Under the pieces are notes generated by a model. The model was not told the origin of the DNA. It ran no database searches and saw nothing but the letters and a program-made list of their open reading frames with translations. This document shows, one piece after another, positions 29,821 through 38,689 of a DNA stretch of 64,000 nucleotides. The stretch is from Longimicrobiales bacterium (GTDB lineage: Bacteria > Gemmatimonadota > Gemmatimonadetes > Longimicrobiales > Gaopeijiaceae): contig JAWLHJ010000001.1 in the NCBI GenBank assembly GCA_041690395.1, positions 954,089-1,018,088 on the forward strand. Direction: 5' to 3'. The stretch's first letter is position 1, and each line of letters opens with the position of its first letter. Made by a program: the position numbers and the translations under genes.

Positions 29821-29942
29821 GCGGCGTACATGCGAACAGATGCGAAACCCACGTGACTGCACCTAGCCTACGGACCCAAGGCGTTCGAGGCCACGTAGGG
29901 GAGCGAGCGCAGCGAGCGGACCCGGAAGAATTCTTGTTAACG
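29821..29942 (-). repeat. truncated attC-like site (family B, left arm missing)
   Basis: ACATGCGAACAGA...TTCTTGTTAAC abutting the previous site. Confidence 0.7.
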
Positions 29943-30272
29943 GACGGGTGCCGGCGCCTCCTTCGGCCACGACCAACGACTTGTGGTGGGGGACTGAGAC
30001 GCTCGAGCAGATCTCGAAGTCACGGTCCTTGGTCATGGCCACAGCCTCGGCCCACCTGGCCATCTCGAAGATCTCGAGGTCCTTCGTAGTCCTCAGCGCT
30101 GAGTCAACCTGGACGGCGAAGGCCTTCGCGATGTCGAAGGCTTCTTCCATCCATCGTCCTGGAATTCTCCTGTGCGGCCCGCCCGATCGCCAGCGAAGCG
30201 CACCACCCCGTCCTTCCGTGTCAGCAGCAATTCCTTGTTGGACCGTGCCGCCCCGGGCGCAAGGGGAGCGGA

Positions 30273-30818
30273 TTAGATCCTAGAGACCTGGGCCAGCCAA
30301 TTGAGCACGGCGGTCGTGCGTTGGTCCAAGGGCCCCCTTGCCTCGAATATCTCGACGTCAAGCTCGAGGCGGTCACTGAGTAGCCACTCCCTGAGTGTTT
30401 CGTCCACCGCGGCACGGGAACCGGTTGGATCTTCGTCCTGACCGAAGTCGATCACGTCCGGAGCCTCGATGGGCACGAGGATCACCGCATCGAGTGATCG
30501 CATCGCCCGACGCACTGGCTCGCGCCAGGGAGCGATGACCCGCTCGTCGTTCTGGCACGTCACCACGAGGTATGCCAGGAGATCCACGGGGCTGCGATCG
30601 AAGACAACGTTTGGAGCTTCATCGCTAAGAGCCTCGAGAGAGTATTCGAGCTGGGCTTCGAAGTCCTCCGAGTCGGGCGGGTGAGAGAAGACGTAGCCAT
30701 CCGCCACTAGCTCGTGATACGGCTCGTCGGCGAAGTCGTGATTGGCCAGTGAGTCGGCTATGGCCTGGGCCAATGTCGTCTTTCCGACGCGGTGGCTCCC
30801 CGTGACCGCTATGCGCAT
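30273..30818 (-). CDS. P-loop kinase/ATPase (AAA_28-like)
   Basis: MRIAVTGSHRVGKTT Walker A; FDRSPVD. Confidence 0.75.
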   Translation of the reverse strand: MRIAVTGSHRVGKTTLAQAIADSLANHDFADEPYHELVADGYVFSHPPDSEDFEAQLEYSLEALSDEAPNVVFDRSPVDLLAYLVVTCQNDERVIAPWREPVRRAMRSLDAVILVPIEAPDVIDFGQDEDPTGSRAAVDETLREWLLSDRLELDVEIFEARGPLDQRTTAVLNWLAQVSRI

Positions 30819-30868
30819 GGCGATGCTTTCCCCGTCAAGCTGCTTCCTCATCGGTAGAGAGGCACGGT

Positions 30869-30916
30869 CTAACTGCCGATCGCGGGCGAGAGCTGGGCGT
30901 CAAGCCCGATCTTCAC
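30869..30916 (-). pseudogene. truncated DUF5615 (PIN-like) toxin
   Basis: GTGA-coupled to DUF433; VKIGLDAQLSPAIGS* ends at a GTTAGAC core sequence. Confidence 0.6.
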
Positions 30917-31137
30917 GCGACCAGAATCGGGTGATTCACCTTACGGCTGGCGAACCGAAGGCAAGCTTCAATGTCTTCCTTCTCCAAGGCTGGCATCTCT
31001 TCCAGGATCTCGGCCTGGGACAGCCCCGCGGCCAGCAAGTCCAAGACGTCGGTAACCCGGGTCCGCATACCGCGGACACACGGGCGACCACCGCACTGCT
31101 CGGGGTCCACCGTGATGCGGTCCATGACCTCAGCCAT
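30913..31137 (-). CDS. DUF433 antitoxin
   Basis: RITVDPEQCGGRPCVRGMR..V.DVL..LAAG...EDI.ACL; GGAGG RBS. Confidence 0.88.
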   Translation of the reverse strand: MAEVMDRITVDPEQCGGRPCVRGMRTRVTDVLDLLAAGLSQAEILEEMPALEKEDIEACLRFASRKVNHPILVA

Positions 31138-31244
31138 AGCTACCTCCGGGAACGACTTGGGCCTGAAGCTTCTCCAATCTACGCCGGAGGTTCCCGTTCC
31201 GGCGATACCGGCGACCCCGTGAACCACCCCGCTCCCGGCATGTC

Positions 31245-31273
31245 GTCTAACGTTCTTGTGTTGCCGACGTGCC
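31245..31273 (-). repeat. truncated attC-like site (left arm only)
   Basis: GTCTAACGTTCTTGTGTTGCCGACGTGCC, then unrelated sequence. Confidence 0.7.
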
Positions 31274-31316
31274 TTATTGGAGGGTTGCCAAGAAATAAGG
31301 TTGTCGCCCTATTCTT

Positions 31317-32528
31317 ATGCGATGCTATGCGGGCGTTAACCTTCCTTATTTCCCTCTTGGGTCTCTCTTGGCCAAGTCCCTCTCCGAGCGAACTGGCGTC
31401 CTTCGGCGCCAACCGGGAGGCTTCGATGCCTTCATTCCGAAGCCATTTCCGCCGAACGACTTGGAGCTCGACCCCCTGGGGGATCTGCTCGAGAGGGCGA
31501 CCCTGTCCTTGGGCCGGTTGGTAGGCTCTGCTGAGATCCTCCCGGATCCGGACCTGTTCGTTTTCATGTACGTTCGCCGGGAGGCTGTGCTCTCGAGCCA
31601 GATCGAGGGCACCGAAGCGTCCCTCGTCGATCTCTTGGAGTACGAGGCACAAGCGGAACAAGCCGAGCGTCGGGTCGATATCCGGGAGATCGCGAACTAC
31701 ATCGACGCGCTCCGGTTCGGTCTGGAGAGAGTGGAGGAGCTCCCCCTTTCTCTGCGACTCATTCGGGAGATTCACGAGCGGCTAATGACCGGAGTCAGGG
31801 GCGGGGAGCCGACCAAGACCCCGGGCGAGTTCAGGCGGTCACAGAACTGGATTGGCGGCCCGAGCCCGGCGACGGCCCGCTTCGTACCGCCTCCGGTGGA
31901 CCAGATGATGACCTCGCTCCATGAGCTCGAGCACTTCTTTCACGATGATTCCAAGCTCCCCATTCTGATTCGCGTCGGCCTGGCCCACGCCCACTTCGAG
32001 ACCATCCACCCGTTTCTGGACGGGAACGGTAGGGTAGGGCGTCTCCTGATCACGTTCCTGCTCGCACACGAGAAGATCTTGAGGGAGCCGATCCTCTACC
32101 TGTCGATCTTCTTCAAGCGGAACCGCCAGGATTACTACGACCGTCTCCAGGCCATTCGAGAGAAGGGCGACTGGGAAGGATGGTTGGCCTTCTTTCTGGA
32201 GGGTGTAGCCGCGGTATCCGACGAGGCTACCCACACGGCCCGACGCATCGTCAACCTGCGTGAGGAAGTCCGCACGGAAGTCAGTCAGAAGCTCGGCCGG
32301 AGAGCCGCTACTGGCTTGATCCTGCTCGAAGACCTCTTCCGCAACCCGATCGTCAACGTGAAAAAGGTCGGCGAGATCACCGAACTCTCGCAGCCCGCGG
32401 CCAACGCTCTGACAAACGCGCTGGAGGAGATCGGAATCCTCAGGGAGACGACCGGGAGAAAGACCTACCGAATGTTCGCCTTCGACCGATACCTGAGGCT
32501 CTTCGAGGAAAGAGACCAGCGCACCTGA
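31317..32528 (+). CDS. Fic family AMPylase with Fic_N region
   Basis: HPFLDGNGRVGR catalytic motif; SSQIEG inhibitory motif; C-terminal wHTH-like region; start uncertain. Confidence 0.9.
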   Translation: MRCYAGVNLPYFPLGSLLAKSLSERTGVLRRQPGGFDAFIPKPFPPNDLELDPLGDLLERATLSLGRLVGSAEILPDPDLFVFMYVRREAVLSSQIEGTEASLVDLLEYEAQAEQAERRVDIREIANYIDALRFGLERVEELPLSLRLIREIHERLMTGVRGGEPTKTPGEFRRSQNWIGGPSPATARFVPPPVDQMMTSLHELEHFFHDDSKLPILIRVGLAHAHFETIHPFLDGNGRVGRLLITFLLAHEKILREPILYLSIFFKRNRQDYYDRLQAIREKGDWEGWLAFFLEGVAAVSDEATHTARRIVNLREEVRTEVSQKLGRRAATGLILLEDLFRNPIVNVKKVGEITELSQPAANALTNALEEIGILRETTGRKTYRMFAFDRYLRLFEERDQRT

Positions 32529-32587
32529 CAGCGGACGGTTACGTCAGGCCCATGGCCGAGCCAGATCGGACGTGCTCCAAGCCGAAG

Positions 32588-32773
32588 TCAATCGAGGATG
32601 CGTCGGCGAGCTTCTTCGTGACTGACCGTCTGACCCGCATCGGCCTGGCGGATCCCCTCCTCGACCTTAGCCAGGAAGTACAGGCGCTCCATCGCGTCCT
32701 CGACGGTTGCGTCCTCCGGGAGGTCCCGCACCGCGTCCAGGACGCGATCTTTCACCTTGGCTTCGGCCATCAT
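32588..32773 (-). CDS. small putative antitoxin (no partner toxin seen)
   Basis: LPEDATVEDAMERLYFLAKVEEG...DAGQTVSHEEA pattern typical of ParE/RelE-linked antitoxins. Confidence 0.6.
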   Translation of the reverse strand: MMAEAKVKDRVLDAVRDLPEDATVEDAMERLYFLAKVEEGIRQADAGQTVSHEEARRRILD

Positions 32774-32834
32774 CCGATCTCGGTAGGGTTGACTTGTACT
32801 GAAGCTACGGCCGGCGTCCGCAGACGCCAGGGAG

Positions 32835-33071
32835 TCACTTCCTCAGTACACCGGGGAAGCGGCCAGGGTCGTACCAATACTTCCCATCCTTCGGCATGGT
32901 CCAAGGATCGCTGACTTCCCGAAGGGCAGGGAGCACGTCAACCTCCGGCTGCACGGCGAGGGTCTGATTCACCCTCCGTCGGAGCCGGCGATGGGCCAAC
33001 CGCTTGTCGTACTTCTCGCTGTCCGCCGTGGTAATCCCCGAAATGGGCGTCTTCTTTCGTGACCTACTCAT
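32835..33071 (-). CDS. small basic hypothetical protein
   Basis: MSRSRKKTPISGITTADSEKYDK...W.MPKDGK.W; GGGAG upstream. Confidence 0.6.
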   Translation of the reverse strand: MSRSRKKTPISGITTADSEKYDKRLAHRRLRRRVNQTLAVQPEVDVLPALREVSDPWTMPKDGKYWYDPGRFPGVLRK

Positions 33072-33109
33072 CCCAGCGCTCCCTCGCCTGCGGGACTCAA
33101 GATCAGACC

Positions 33110-33305
33110 CTGTCACTTCGAGAATACGCTGCATCTCGCTCCCGGGCCACAAGGGCCATGTAGGGGGAGCGAGCGCAGCGAGCGGACCCGGACACATTCT
33201 TGTTATAGGCCGTGCACCGCCGCTCGCTTCCGGGCCACATCCGTTGGAAAGGCCATGTAGGGGGAGCGAACGCAGTGAGCGGACCCGGAAACGTTCTTGT
33301 TATAT
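33110..33305 (-). repeat. two tandem truncated attC-like sites
   Basis: Right-hand portions ending GTTATAG (33208) and GTTATAT (33305); left arms missing. Confidence 0.7.
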
Positions 33306-33340
33306 GACGTCACGCACGCCCGTTTGAACCCGTCCTCCAA

Positions 33341-33389
33341 TTGCCTCGGCCACCATGTACGTACATATTACAACATATCGTACGTACAT
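33341..33389 (+). promoter_or_regulatory. TA promoter/operator
   Basis: TTGCCT -35-like hexamer; palindromic GTACGTAC twice (33357, 33380). Confidence 0.5.
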
Positions 33390-33401
33390 CCGGAGCCCTC
33401 C

Positions 33402-33638
33402 ATGTCATCCAAGAAGAAGCTCACCCTCAGTGTGGACGAGCGAGTGATTGAGCGTGCTCGCCGCTACAGCACCCGACACAACATCAGCATTTCCCAGCTC
33501 GTCACGAACTACCTGAGCCAGCTCGACACACCCTCCGAAGCAAACCTGGCTCCTTGGGTACAGCGGATTCGGGGAATCCTTCCGAGTGAGACCTCGGTGG
33601 AAGACTACCGGCGCCACCTCGAAGAGAAGCACTCGTGA
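33402..33638 (+). CDS. DUF6364 RHH-like antitoxin
   Basis: KKLTLSVDERVIERARRYS...SISQLV.NYL; GGAG RBS. Confidence 0.8.
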   Translation: MSSKKKLTLSVDERVIERARRYSTRHNISISQLVTNYLSQLDTPSEANLAPWVQRIRGILPSETSVEDYRRHLEEKHS

Positions 33639-34060
33639 TGCGGCTCTTCCTGGACATCAACGTCGTTCTGGATGTTCTGGCGAACCGGGAGCCATGGGTC
33701 GAGGACTCTGCGGCGGTCCTCTCTTTGCTCGACCATGCGGAAATGGAAGGTCTGATCGCGGCGCATTCCGTGACCACGCTCTACTATCTCTCCTCGAAGC
33801 ATCTGGGGCATAAGCCCGCCGTCGCAGCGCTCATCGACCTTCTGGAGCACCTCTCTATCACGCCCTTGGATGAGGACATCCTCCTTCGTGCTCTCTCACT
33901 CGGCTGGGGCGACGTCGAGGATGCGGTGCAGGGAGTTTCCGCTCAAAGAGCGAATGCGGACTACATCGTGACCCGGAATCCCACCGACTTCGAGGCCGCC
34001 TCAGTACCTGTCGTCACGCCGAAGCAACTCTTGGCCATCCTCGCTTCTTCCACCGACTGA
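33638..34060 (+). CDS. PIN-domain toxin
   Basis: FLDINVVLD, DVEDAVQ, IVTRNPTDF; TGATG coupling. Confidence 0.88.
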   Translation: MRLFLDINVVLDVLANREPWVEDSAAVLSLLDHAEMEGLIAAHSVTTLYYLSSKHLGHKPAVAALIDLLEHLSITPLDEDILLRALSLGWGDVEDAVQGVSAQRANADYIVTRNPTDFEAASVPVVTPKQLLAILASSTD

Positions 34061-34094
34061 AGCCCGCACGCCTACCTCAGCCCGGCGTGATGTC

Positions 34095-34251
34095 CCATAA
34101 CGTTCTTGTGTTGCCGACGTGGCCACCACCGAATCGTGGTCGGACCTTCGCTTCGAGAATACGCTGCACTTCGTTCCCGAGCCACATTCGTTCGAGGCCA
34201 TGTAGGTCGGAGCGAACGAAGTGAGCGGAGCCGAAAACATTCTTGTTAACT
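34095..34251 (-). repeat. attC-like site (A)
   Basis: CCATAAC...GTTAACT. Confidence 0.85.
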
Positions 34252-34325
34252 GACGGGTGCCGACGTCTCCCGCAGCCCTCGCGCTGCCCGAACCTCAGTC
34301 GTCGATGGAACGCTCGACCGATGCT

Positions 34326-34556
34326 TCATCGGCTCTCCACGGGCTCAGGCCTCCACTCGAGGCTCAGTTCTCTCTTCGACTCCGCACAATCTCGTAGATA
34401 CAGGTTGATCAACGTCTGGTAGGGGATGCCGGTCTCCTCTGCCAACTGCTTGAAGTAGTCCACGGTCGGGCCGTCGAGTCGAATCGTCACGCGCCGCTTG
34501 AGTCGCTTGGCGTAGGGATTCTTCCTCGCTTTCGAGAAATCGTATTCAGTCTTCAT
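34326..34556 (-). CDS. brnA: BrnA/CopG-type antitoxin
   Basis: EYDFSKARKNPY, VTIRLD, IPYQTLINLYL. Confidence 0.85.
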   Translation of the reverse strand: MKTEYDFSKARKNPYAKRLKRRVTIRLDGPTVDYFKQLAEETGIPYQTLINLYLRDCAESKRELSLEWRPEPVESR

Positions 34557-34562
34557 CGTGGC

Positions 34563-34853
34563 TCACCTCAGTCGGGCTTGGTATTCCAGGCTCTCCGCGC
34601 TTGTTGCCTTCCGTGCAGAGATGATCCGGATCGCGTCACGCTCTCTGAGCGCATGGACCACGACCAAGAGCCGAAGCGAGGCGCTCAGCCCGAGGAGCAC
34701 GAATCTCTCCTCGGCCTCGGGCGGCTGAGCGTCCTCGACGAGCAGGGCTTGCTCGTCGAAGAACACGGATTCTGCTTCCTCGAACGACACACCGTGCTTT
34801 CGCTCGTTCGATCTCGCCTTGCGCGGATCCCATTCGAACCGGATCTCATCCAT
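34563..34853 (-). CDS. brnT: BrnT toxin
   Basis: FEWDPRKA.SN..KHGVSFEEA, IRIISARKAT. Confidence 0.9.
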   Translation of the reverse strand: MDEIRFEWDPRKARSNERKHGVSFEEAESVFFDEQALLVEDAQPPEAEERFVLLGLSASLRLLVVVHALRERDAIRIISARKATSAESLEYQARLR

Positions 34854-34936
34854 CGTTGAATGTACACATGACATATGTACACGCGCCAGCGGCGAGCTTT
34901 CCCCGCCTGTTCAAGTCGAACCCAAAGGCACCTGTC

Positions 34937-35091
34937 AGTTAACGTTCTTGTGTTGCCGACGTGGCCACCACCGGTGAGTCCACGCGGAGCTGATCGAGAA
35001 TACGCTGCACTCCGCTTCCGGGCCACAAGAGCTCCGGGCCATGTAGGGGGAGCGACCGCAGGGAGCGGACCCGGAAACATTCTTGTTATAG
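34937..35091 (-). repeat. attC-like site (A variant)
   Basis: AGTTAAC...GTTATAG. Confidence 0.85.
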
Positions 35092-35145
35092 GACGTGTGT
35101 CGCCGCTCGGTGATTCCCCAACGGTTGCACCAACCGTTTCGTGTC

Positions 35146-35181
35146 TTGACAGGCAAGCCACCACTTGCCTATTGTCTTCCT
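35146..35181 (+). promoter_or_regulatory. sigma70-type promoter with operator, probably leaderless
   Basis: TTGACA-N18-TATTGT-N6-GTG; AGGCAAG-N6-CTTGCCT inverted repeat in the spacer. Confidence 0.65.
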
Positions 35182-35469
35182 GTGACTGATGATGTGTTCG
35201 ACGCGCTGGCTTCGGGATCGAGACGCCTGATTCTAGATGAACTGGCCGACCGCAACGGCCAGGCGCTGTACGAGTTGTGCGCCCGGCTCACAATGAAGCA
35301 TGGCCTGAACCTGACGCGGCAGGCGGTCTCACAGCACCTCGACGTTCTGGAGGCCGCAGGGTTGGTGCGAAGTGTTCGAGAGGGTCGGTACAAGTTCCAC
35401 TACATCGATACCGGTCCCCTCGAAGAAGCTATGCGGCGATGGGACAAAACCACTAGGGAGGGGGAATGA
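35182..35469 (+). CDS. ArsR/SmtB family regulator
   Basis: VFDALAS.SRR.IL, TRQAVSQHLDVLE.AGLV. Confidence 0.85.
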   Translation: MTDDVFDALASGSRRLILDELADRNGQALYELCARLTMKHGLNLTRQAVSQHLDVLEAAGLVRSVREGRYKFHYIDTGPLEEAMRRWDKTTREGE

Positions 35470-35858
35470 CGATTCGAATCGGTTTGACCAGTGTCCTCGT
35501 CGACGATCAGGACAAAGCACTCACGTTCTACACCGACATCCTGGGCTTCGTGAAGAAGGAAGACGTGCCGATGGGCCGCCATCGGTGGCTGACTGTCGTC
35601 TCCCGCCAAGACCCGGACGGGGTCGAACTCGTGCTTGAGCCCGACGAGCATCCCGCCGCAACTCCGTTCAAGGAGGCCCTCGTCACGGATGGTATTCCTT
35701 TCACGTCGTTTATGGTCGACGACGTCCACGCCGAGCACGAGCGACTCACAGCCCAGGGTGTCCGCTTTACTCAGCCGCCCGTGGAGATGGGCCCCGTGAC
35801 CATCGCCGTGCTCGACGACACCTGCGGCAACCTTATCCAAATCCTGCACAAAGCCTGA
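35466..35858 (+). CDS. VOC/glyoxalase family protein
   Basis: VDDQDKAL.FYT..LGF, DDTCGNLIQI. Confidence 0.88.
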   Translation: MTIRIGLTSVLVDDQDKALTFYTDILGFVKKEDVPMGRHRWLTVVSRQDPDGVELVLEPDEHPAATPFKEALVTDGIPFTSFMVDDVHAEHERLTAQGVRFTQPPVEMGPVTIAVLDDTCGNLIQILHKA

Positions 35859-36001
35859 TTCGGGCGACGTGGTTTCCCTGAGTTGCGACTCTGTTCTGCC
35901 GATCCGCAGGGCTGCCCGAATCAGTTCATCAGCAGGGAGAACCCACCATGGTCCCCCCAACGCGCAGGGGTCTTTGGGATCAGGAACCAAAGACACATGT
36001 C

Positions 36002-36157
36002 CTATAACGTTCTTGTGTTGCCGACGTGGCCCGCCACAGAGACTGCTTGAGCCGCCTGCCTGAGAATACGCTGCACTTCGTTCTCGAGCCAGAATCGTTC
36101 GAGGCCATGTAGGACGGAGCGAACGAAGTGAGCGGAGCCGGCAACACTTTGTTATGA
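36002..36157 (-). repeat. attC-like site (A variant)
   Basis: CTATAAC...GTTATGA; compensatory GTGTTGCCG/CGGCAACAC arms. Confidence 0.85.
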
Positions 36158-36192
36158 GACGTCGCCCCGACCGACCGGTCTACCAACAAACC

Positions 36193-36768
36193 TCACACTT
36201 CTGGTGCCTCGAGACCGGCCCTTTTCGACACCAGGGCCCATTCGGCTTGGAGTCCGAGCTCAGCGACCCATTTATCGAGATACGCCCGATCCAAATGATC
36301 CCTACGCTGCTCGAGCATTCGAACAACGTCCGCTCGTTGAAGATCGGAGTCTCCCATCCGGGCCCACTCGAGCTTGGCGATGAGGACGTCTTCAAGGCTC
36401 GCCAAGGAGACTTCGATCCCAAGTAGATCAGCTCGCTCGCGCCGCTCGAATTCGGCCCTACTAAAGGATCGATCCTTCCGGACTATTAGGTCGACCTTCC
36501 ATCCTGATGTCGGATCGATTGCGTTGAACTGCCCTTGCGTACGCCACGCATCGAGGGCGGCATCGCGATCTACGTAGAGGCGGGCGTCCAAGAGCCCCTG
36601 GACCAGCTTCTCCAGCCCTGGTTCCTGAGTATCGATGACGACGTCGATGTCCTGCGTGGCGCGAGGCGTGGCATAGTAGGCCGCAGCCAGCGAACCGGTG
36701 AGCATGTAGGGTACGCCAGCCCCTTCAAGAATCTGAGCGACCCGTTGTAGGAAGGACGTGATGCTCAC
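36193..36768 (-). CDS. Pol-beta-type nucleotidyltransferase (putative toxin)
   Basis: GSLAA..Y..PRATQDIDV, EDVLIAKLEW. Confidence 0.75.
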   Translation of the reverse strand: MSITSFLQRVAQILEGAGVPYMLTGSLAAAYYATPRATQDIDVVIDTQEPGLEKLVQGLLDARLYVDRDAALDAWRTQGQFNAIDPTSGWKVDLIVRKDRSFSRAEFERRERADLLGIEVSLASLEDVLIAKLEWARMGDSDLQRADVVRMLEQRRDHLDRAYLDKWVAELGLQAEWALVSKRAGLEAPEV

Positions 36769-36995
36769 TTCTCGGTGGGCAACTCGATCCCGTAGTCCTC
36801 AGCCACCAGTCGAGCGACAACTTCCCGGGGACTCAAGTCAGGATGTCTGGCTCGCAGCCCAGCTAGACGGATTTCCCGGACCGTGTCACTAAGGTCCAAC
36901 GCTGCCCGCAGGCGTGCCGGACCATCCATTCGGTCCAAGACCGCGTTGTACCTGGCCCAGGCTTCCGGGTCGGTATCCAGGGGGCGTGAGATCAT
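36765..36995 (-). CDS. small helical protein, putative partner antitoxin
   Basis: DTDPEAW...GLRARHP; GTGA-coupled to the nucleotidyltransferase. Confidence 0.65.
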   Translation of the reverse strand: MISRPLDTDPEAWARYNAVLDRMDGPARLRAALDLSDTVREIRLAGLRARHPDLSPREVVARLVAEDYGIELPTEK

Positions 36996-37049
36996 GCCAG
37001 TAATCTAAACTCCCCTACAGGTGCCTGCATGTGCCCCACCGGCGATGTC

Positions 37050-37205
37050 TCATAACGTTCAGATGTTTCCGACGTGGCCCCAGCATACGCGCTAATCGTG
37101 CCTGCGACCTACGGAGTTCAGCGGACAGCTTACGATGCCCGAACGCTCGAGGCCATGTAGGGGGAGCGAGCGCAGCGAGCGGACCCGGAAACATTCTTGT
37201 TATGG
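37050..37205 (-). repeat. attC-like site (C)
   Basis: TCATAAC...GTTATGG. Confidence 0.85.
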
Positions 37206-37264
37206 GAAGTGTGCCGTGTTCGGCTTGGCACCGAGTTCAGACCTCCCGCCAGCCGGTGTGCAAT

Positions 37265-38443
37265 TCAGGGCCGGACGTATCGGTAGGCTCGGATTTGCTC
37301 AAGGCCAAGAGTGTCTCTCCAGACGCCGAACACGGCCTCTTGATCGATCACCATCGGGTAGAACTGATTCTCGATGCGAACCTGGCCCACGAAGCGTCCT
37401 TCGGCGTCAAACACGTCCCAGTCATGCGGTGCCCAGAGATCCGGATCGTAGATTTGCACCCATATGTGACCGTCAGAGGACAGTAGCACGCGGTCATAGG
37501 CAGGCAGTCGGTTGGGGCGTAGTTCATGGTCGAGTGCCGCAAGAGCGTCAGCCTTCAGTTCCTCAGGGAAATACTCCTGCACGAAATCCCGGTATGCTTC
37601 GACCTGAGCCTCGCTGATGGGTCTGGCAGGTCGATCGATGCCGTAGATTCTCTGGAGCCCGCGCTCCTCGAACACCTGCACTCGGAAGTCTGAACCCGTC
37701 ACGAGATGAACCTCCTCACCCGTCACGTCGAATGACGGACGTGCCATGAACGGGATCGGAGCCTGAGTCTGACCAGTCCAGATTGCCAGCGGCTCGGGGA
37801 ATGTTCCGTAGGAACGAAGACTCGAGGAACCCACATCCACACCTACGAGCTCGACCGAGTCCCTGACGGCCTGGCCGACGTCGATCAACGCACGGGGCAC
37901 CGTCCGAGGAATCTGTCCCAAGATGAGGCCATCGCGGTCCACGCGTAGGGGAGGGAGTATGCCAGGGCCGTCGACATCGGGGAGCTGCCCGCTGCGGACG
38001 AACTCGCCGTTTGGATCGAAGACAGTCAGGCGTTGGAGACCCAGGTCAGCTACCAAAACCGAGTCACCAGCCGCGGCACCGATCAGGCGTGCATACTTGA
38101 ACTGACCCGGCCCATCACCACTTTCGCCTCGGGTCTTCCAGTGCGAACCGTCCGACTCGAAGACGCGCAGGTCAGCCGATGTCGCCTGCGTTACCCAGAC
38201 ACGGCCGTCCCGGTCGACATGCATGCCCTGGATTCCCTGAAATCGCGTAGGCCCGGTCGCGTCGAGGGCTCCGACCGAAAGCACCGGCATTGAGTCCAGT
38301 TCTGCAAATACGAGATCGGCGGGTTCGGATAGGGTCACCTGAACGCCGGCGCTATCGATCACCATCGGACCCGGCACTACAGTCGCTTCGCAGCCACTCA
38401 CGAGGCAGACGCCGGTCATCAGGGCTCTCACCGACCTCGTCAT
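37265..38443 (-). CDS. 6-bladed beta-propeller lipoprotein
   Basis: VSGC lipobox, GDGPGQF, G.IWV, WDVFD.EG, D.LG.E.I. Confidence 0.8.
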   Translation of the reverse strand: MTRSVRALMTGVCLVSGCEATVVPGPMVIDSAGVQVTLSEPADLVFAELDSMPVLSVGALDATGPTRFQGIQGMHVDRDGRVWVTQATSADLRVFESDGSHWKTRGESGDGPGQFKYARLIGAAAGDSVLVADLGLQRLTVFDPNGEFVRSGQLPDVDGPGILPPLRVDRDGLILGQIPRTVPRALIDVGQAVRDSVELVGVDVGSSSLRSYGTFPEPLAIWTGQTQAPIPFMARPSFDVTGEEVHLVTGSDFRVQVFEERGLQRIYGIDRPARPISEAQVEAYRDFVQEYFPEELKADALAALDHELRPNRLPAYDRVLLSSDGHIWVQIYDPDLWAPHDWDVFDAEGRFVGQVRIENQFYPMVIDQEAVFGVWRDTLGLEQIRAYRYVRP

Positions 38444-38510
38444 CGCACACCTCCCTCAGCTCACGTCCGCGGCGGTCAATACCTCGGGATCCGACCTAAA
38501 GGCACATTTC

Positions 38511-38664
38511 CCATAACGTTCAGATGTTTCCGACGTGGCCACCACAGAAGCGTCGACGCTACCTACCCGAGCATACGCTGCGATCCGTTGTCGCGCCACA
38601 ACGGACTGAGGCCATGTAGGTGGAGCGGGCGAAGCCCGCGTAACCGGAAACATTCTTGTTAGCG
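38511..38664 (-). repeat. attC-like site (A variant)
   Basis: CCATAAC...GTTAGCG. Confidence 0.85.
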
Positions 38665-38689
38665 GATGTGTGCCGCTGTTCGGCCCTAC

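Noticed and set aside
29863..30150. 95-aa CDS
   Set aside because: It runs into a degenerate attC and has no recognisable motif; probably a cassette remnant
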